The notes under the pieces are model-generated. The model made no database searches. It was not told where the DNA came from and worked only from the letters and a program-made list of their open reading frames with translations. A stretch of DNA of 64,000 bases, from the NCBI RefSeq assembly GCF_963506605.1, contig NC_083288.1:53692001-53756000 (forward strand), in the 5' to 3' direction. The number at the start of each line of letters is the position of its first letter. The stretch's first letter is position 1. This DNA comes from Zootoca vivipara. Its lineage: Eukaryota. Shown one piece after another: positions 60,205 to 64,000 of the stretch. The position numbers and the translations under genes were made by a program.

Positions 60205-63200
60205 TGGTCTGCAAGACCTCCTGGAGGCCTTTCTTCACTGTGGCCTCCGTGTTCACCTTCCACAATCACCGTGCAAGTGATGCTTCAGTATCTGCACACA
60301 ACTGGACTTGTGAGCCTGAGCAGGTTCCAGTGAGAGACTTTGCTGCTGAGTGCAGATCCATTGTTACTGCGGTTTGTCATCCTGCAAGGCGCCTAGCAAA
60401 GTTTCCCTAGGAAAGTTGCCCCATGGAAAGCTTGGCCCTTGAAGGGTGTGTCTCTGGGCGAGAGAGAGGCTGAAAGAGAGACAGAGAGACTGCCTATCTC
60501 TGTACATGTTCTGTGAGAATGCTGTGGGTGGGTGAAACATGGTTTCATGGGCTCACATCTTCCTCTCTCTCCCCTCCTCGGGTTGTTCAGTGGTGTGAAT
60601 GTAGTTGCGTGAAGCATGAAATTAATGGTGAAGCATGAAATTAATGGTTGCCTGCATCTCAGCAGCGTCACAATCCTATCTGATTACATTTCTGTAGTCC
60701 TGGGAAAAGAAAAGAAAACAAGGCTGTGTATGAGTCCAGACGTCGTTGTTGCAAATATATCTCTAGTGCCCTGTTAACGATGGAGGGAAAACAAGACTTG
60801 TGTGGGTACAAAGCTTTGGGGCACGACCCCGGGTGTTGGTTTGCCTTTGCGCCAGGAGCAAGCTTGTGTTTATCTCTGCTGTATCGCTTTCTGATAAATC
60901 CAGATTGACGTCAGGCAGTGCCCATTTGGGCTCATTTGCCTACCTTGAAGTGGGACGTGTTACCTGCCCAGGTGAAAGGGCTCCGAGCACCAACCATACC
61001 CAAGAAGCTGTTTATCTAATAGGAGCAGCCACAGAACGAGGGCTATAAATAGCTTTCCTTGGGTTCTTGCCTCGTCACTTGATTGCCTCTTAGTAATGCC
61101 CCAAACAGACACCTCCTGACCAAGACTCCACCTCCTAGGCCGTCTCTCTTCCTCCTCCATCAATCAGAGCAGCTCCACAACCTTTGCCCAACTTGGAGTT
61201 GGGGGGCGGGGGGCTCCAAAGCTGTAGTCTTGAAAGTACAGAAACTGGAAGGGGGAACAGATCAGTGGTGCTGGGAGGATGCCAGGACTTGGGGGCTGCT
61301 GCAGTGGGGGGACATTTGGGGGACAAGGACCTCCTTCCTCTTCAATTGCAATGGATCCTGTTGAATCATTATATTGCGGTAGCATTGTGATTTTACTAAG
61401 GCATATTTGTGTCACTTACAATTTTTGTAATCGTTATTGTAGCTTACAATGAAAAAACGACCAGTCTGCCCCGAGTCTCCTTTGCCATCCAGCTTCATAA
61501 GATGATCTCAGATGGCTTCTGAGATTATGAGAGAGGAAAGCTTCTCTCTGTCCCTATCTCGATGCCTTGCATAATTTTGCGCACCTCTGTCGCATCTCCC
61601 CTTACCCATCATTTTTTCCCTAAGCAAAAGAAACCCCACCATGTTGTAGCCTGCCTTCTTAGGAGTCTTGTTCAAGCCCCTTCATCATTCTGGATACCTT
61701 TTCTGAACCTGTCCCAGCTCTAAAACACTCCTTTCAGAGGCCTGGCAACCAGAACTGTACACAGTAATTCAAGTGTGGTTACACAACAGATTTGCATATT
61801 GGCAGTTTCCCTTCCCTAGTGATCCCTAGTGATCTTCGTGGCCATTCTCCACACACTGGTCTCATTTACATGTAATGCTCAGGCAAACTATGAATTAGTG
61901 AGAATGAGCAAGTGTGTTTGGGTGCACAGTGAGAAATATGTGGCTGCTTTATTATCAATTAATTAATCAGTTTATATCCTGCCTTTTCCCCTTATGGGAC
62001 TCAAGACAATTTTGCTCTGCCCCGGCTCTTGCTGTGCAATCGGGAGTTAAGCCACAGTTTGGCTTAGTGTCACATGATCTGAACACCCAGCGCACTGAGT
62101 CGCAGAGAAGATCCAGCGGGTTACTCCTGATTTATAAGCTGGTGCTTCCGTGGAGCTTAGCCCATAAACGGGTGATTGGGGTTGGCTTGTTTATTTCTCC
62201 ACCAAATACATAAAAGGTTGAGATCCCTCTTTTACTATTTCTGCCACTTAGGAGGATGCAGAGGGCAGTTGGAAATCTGAACACAGCACTATTGCGCAGT
62301 TCCTTCCTCCCCCAAGATAAGACTCTGAACAGGTTTTACTGGACGCCTAATTGTTTATTTAAGGCTATCTTGAGCAGTCATGGTCAGTTGCATGGAGTGG
62401 GGGGGGGGGCCTCTTTGCAAGGCCCAACCATGGAAACACCAGCCAGGGGGGGGGCGCACTGGAGGCCTGAAATGGCTTTGCACCAGTCCAATCCGAGGGC
62501 CTTTTGTGCCAAGTAGGAATGCCAGAATACCTGAGATTGCAGGGAGGGAGACGGGAAAGCCCCTCCCCACCTCCACCTCCCTCTGTGCATGAGCAGAGAC
62601 ACCTCGTCCTGCCATGCTCACGCTCTTCTGCAGGAGCCACTTTTCTACCAGAGGAACAACCCAGCTGTTGCTCCTGTTATTGTTGTTATTACTGACAAGA
62701 GTTTAGTATCAACATTTAGAAAGAGAGTTAATGTTTACAACAATCCCATATGGTAGGCTGGTGGAATTATCCCCACTCTGCAGACAGGGCGACTGAGGTT
62801 GAGAGGGAGTGTGGGGTGTCTCAGAACCCCTACTAAGTTTCTGGTGGGAGTAGGATTTGACCTGAAGGCTTCCAGACTCACCACGGCTCATGACCCACTG
62901 AGGACCCAGGGGCTCCATCACAGGCTGGCAACACAGACCACCCCCCCAGCAGAAGTTGCCATCGCAACATGCACCCCCCCTCCCCTGCCTTGCAACACAG
63001 AACCCAACTGAAGCTTCTGCCCAGGGGGATCTAGCACCCCACCAAAGACCCTTACATTTTGTGGGACAGGCAGGCTGCCAAGCACTGCAGATCCTACCCA
63101 GCCACAGGAGGTGGCTGGCATTCATTACTTCCCATCCTTGAGGCCACGGGACCAATAAGGAATTGTGCTGAATAAATAAAGGAGGGTTGGGTGCCACAGC

Positions 63201-64000
63201 TGGGCAGGGAAAGGGTGGGGGGGCCACAAACTATCTGTATGCCAATCCAGTCTCCTGAGGGTTCCTGAGCTCCCCGTCTTCTTTTTGCCCCCCATGCGAA
63301 GGGGTTCTGCAACACCGCTGCCCTCTGTGTGTGCCAGTTGCTAGGTGCTCAGAGGGAAAGGGCCAGATCCGGAGGTCACAGGATGACTCAGCCGCACGAT
63401 TAGGAAGCCACGGTGTTGACGTCGCTCACTTCAGTGCCGCTCCCTGCCCAGGGGAAGACTGACTGCTGGCCTGACCCTCCCCCTCTGTAAGCCACCCTGC
63501 CCCACCAAATTCCTTGAGAACCCAGGAGTCCTGGCTGGCACCCTGCCTTGTGAAGCCGAGGCCCACTGCCAAGTTTACCCTGGCCACCCACATGACTAAA
63601 TCACTTCCCAGGAGCCCTTGGGGGACGCAGGAGTCCTGTCTCCTTTTCCTGCTCCTTGCCCCAAATGTGTCCTCCTATGGTATCCAAAAAGGGATCTCAA
63701 GCTTCCTGTGATTGGTCTGGGCAGAAGCCTTCCCCTCTCTGTCCTCCTTCGTTGTTAATAACCCCCCCCCCCCACTGGGTCTTTTGTCAAATATTGGCCG
63801 AATTTGCCCCATGGCACCCAACCAATTTCCCCTGCATGTAGCCTTCTGCTCCACACCCAGTCTTTGTTCCTGCCACACCCTGAGCTGTGCTCAGCTCAGA
63901 AAGGGAAAGGTTCAGAAAACAGCAGGCAGCGTCCTACCGTGTCCAGTTCTGGGGACCCCAGTTTAAGAAGGATGCTGCTGGCAAGCCTGAAATGGTGCTG

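Overview
Vertebrate genomic DNA, most likely from a lizard: it carries Sauria SINEs, a BovB LINE and CR1/L2 fragments, and a lacertid origin is an inference. Two protein-coding genes lie on the minus strand. (1) The 5' part of TRIM56 (RING, two B-boxes, coiled coil) runs off the left edge. (2) A giant MUC3/MUC12/MUC17-family transmembrane mucin spans about 57.3 kb to 12.3 kb, matching the mammalian mucin-cluster-then-TRIM56 order. I reconstructed 19 phase-compatible coding exons by hand (about 7,680 aa): a signal peptide exon, one 21-kb PTS exon of about 77 x 264-bp (88-aa) repeats, then TWO tandem EGF-SEA-Cys-rich modules joined in frame by a short PTS linker exon, then a single TM exon and a cytoplasmic tail. 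The double-SEA architecture, with two G|SVIV autocleavage motifs and cassette-compatible exon phases, is the most novel item. Introns and flanks hold many transposons, several nested with readable TSDs. These include a hAT MITE in a full-length BovB in CR1, a Tigger-like MITE in a solo LTR in a CR1 tail, three copies of a 90-bp hAT MITE, and an inverted, twin-primed-like BovB fragment. All exon calls come from the sequence alone and need transcript support.
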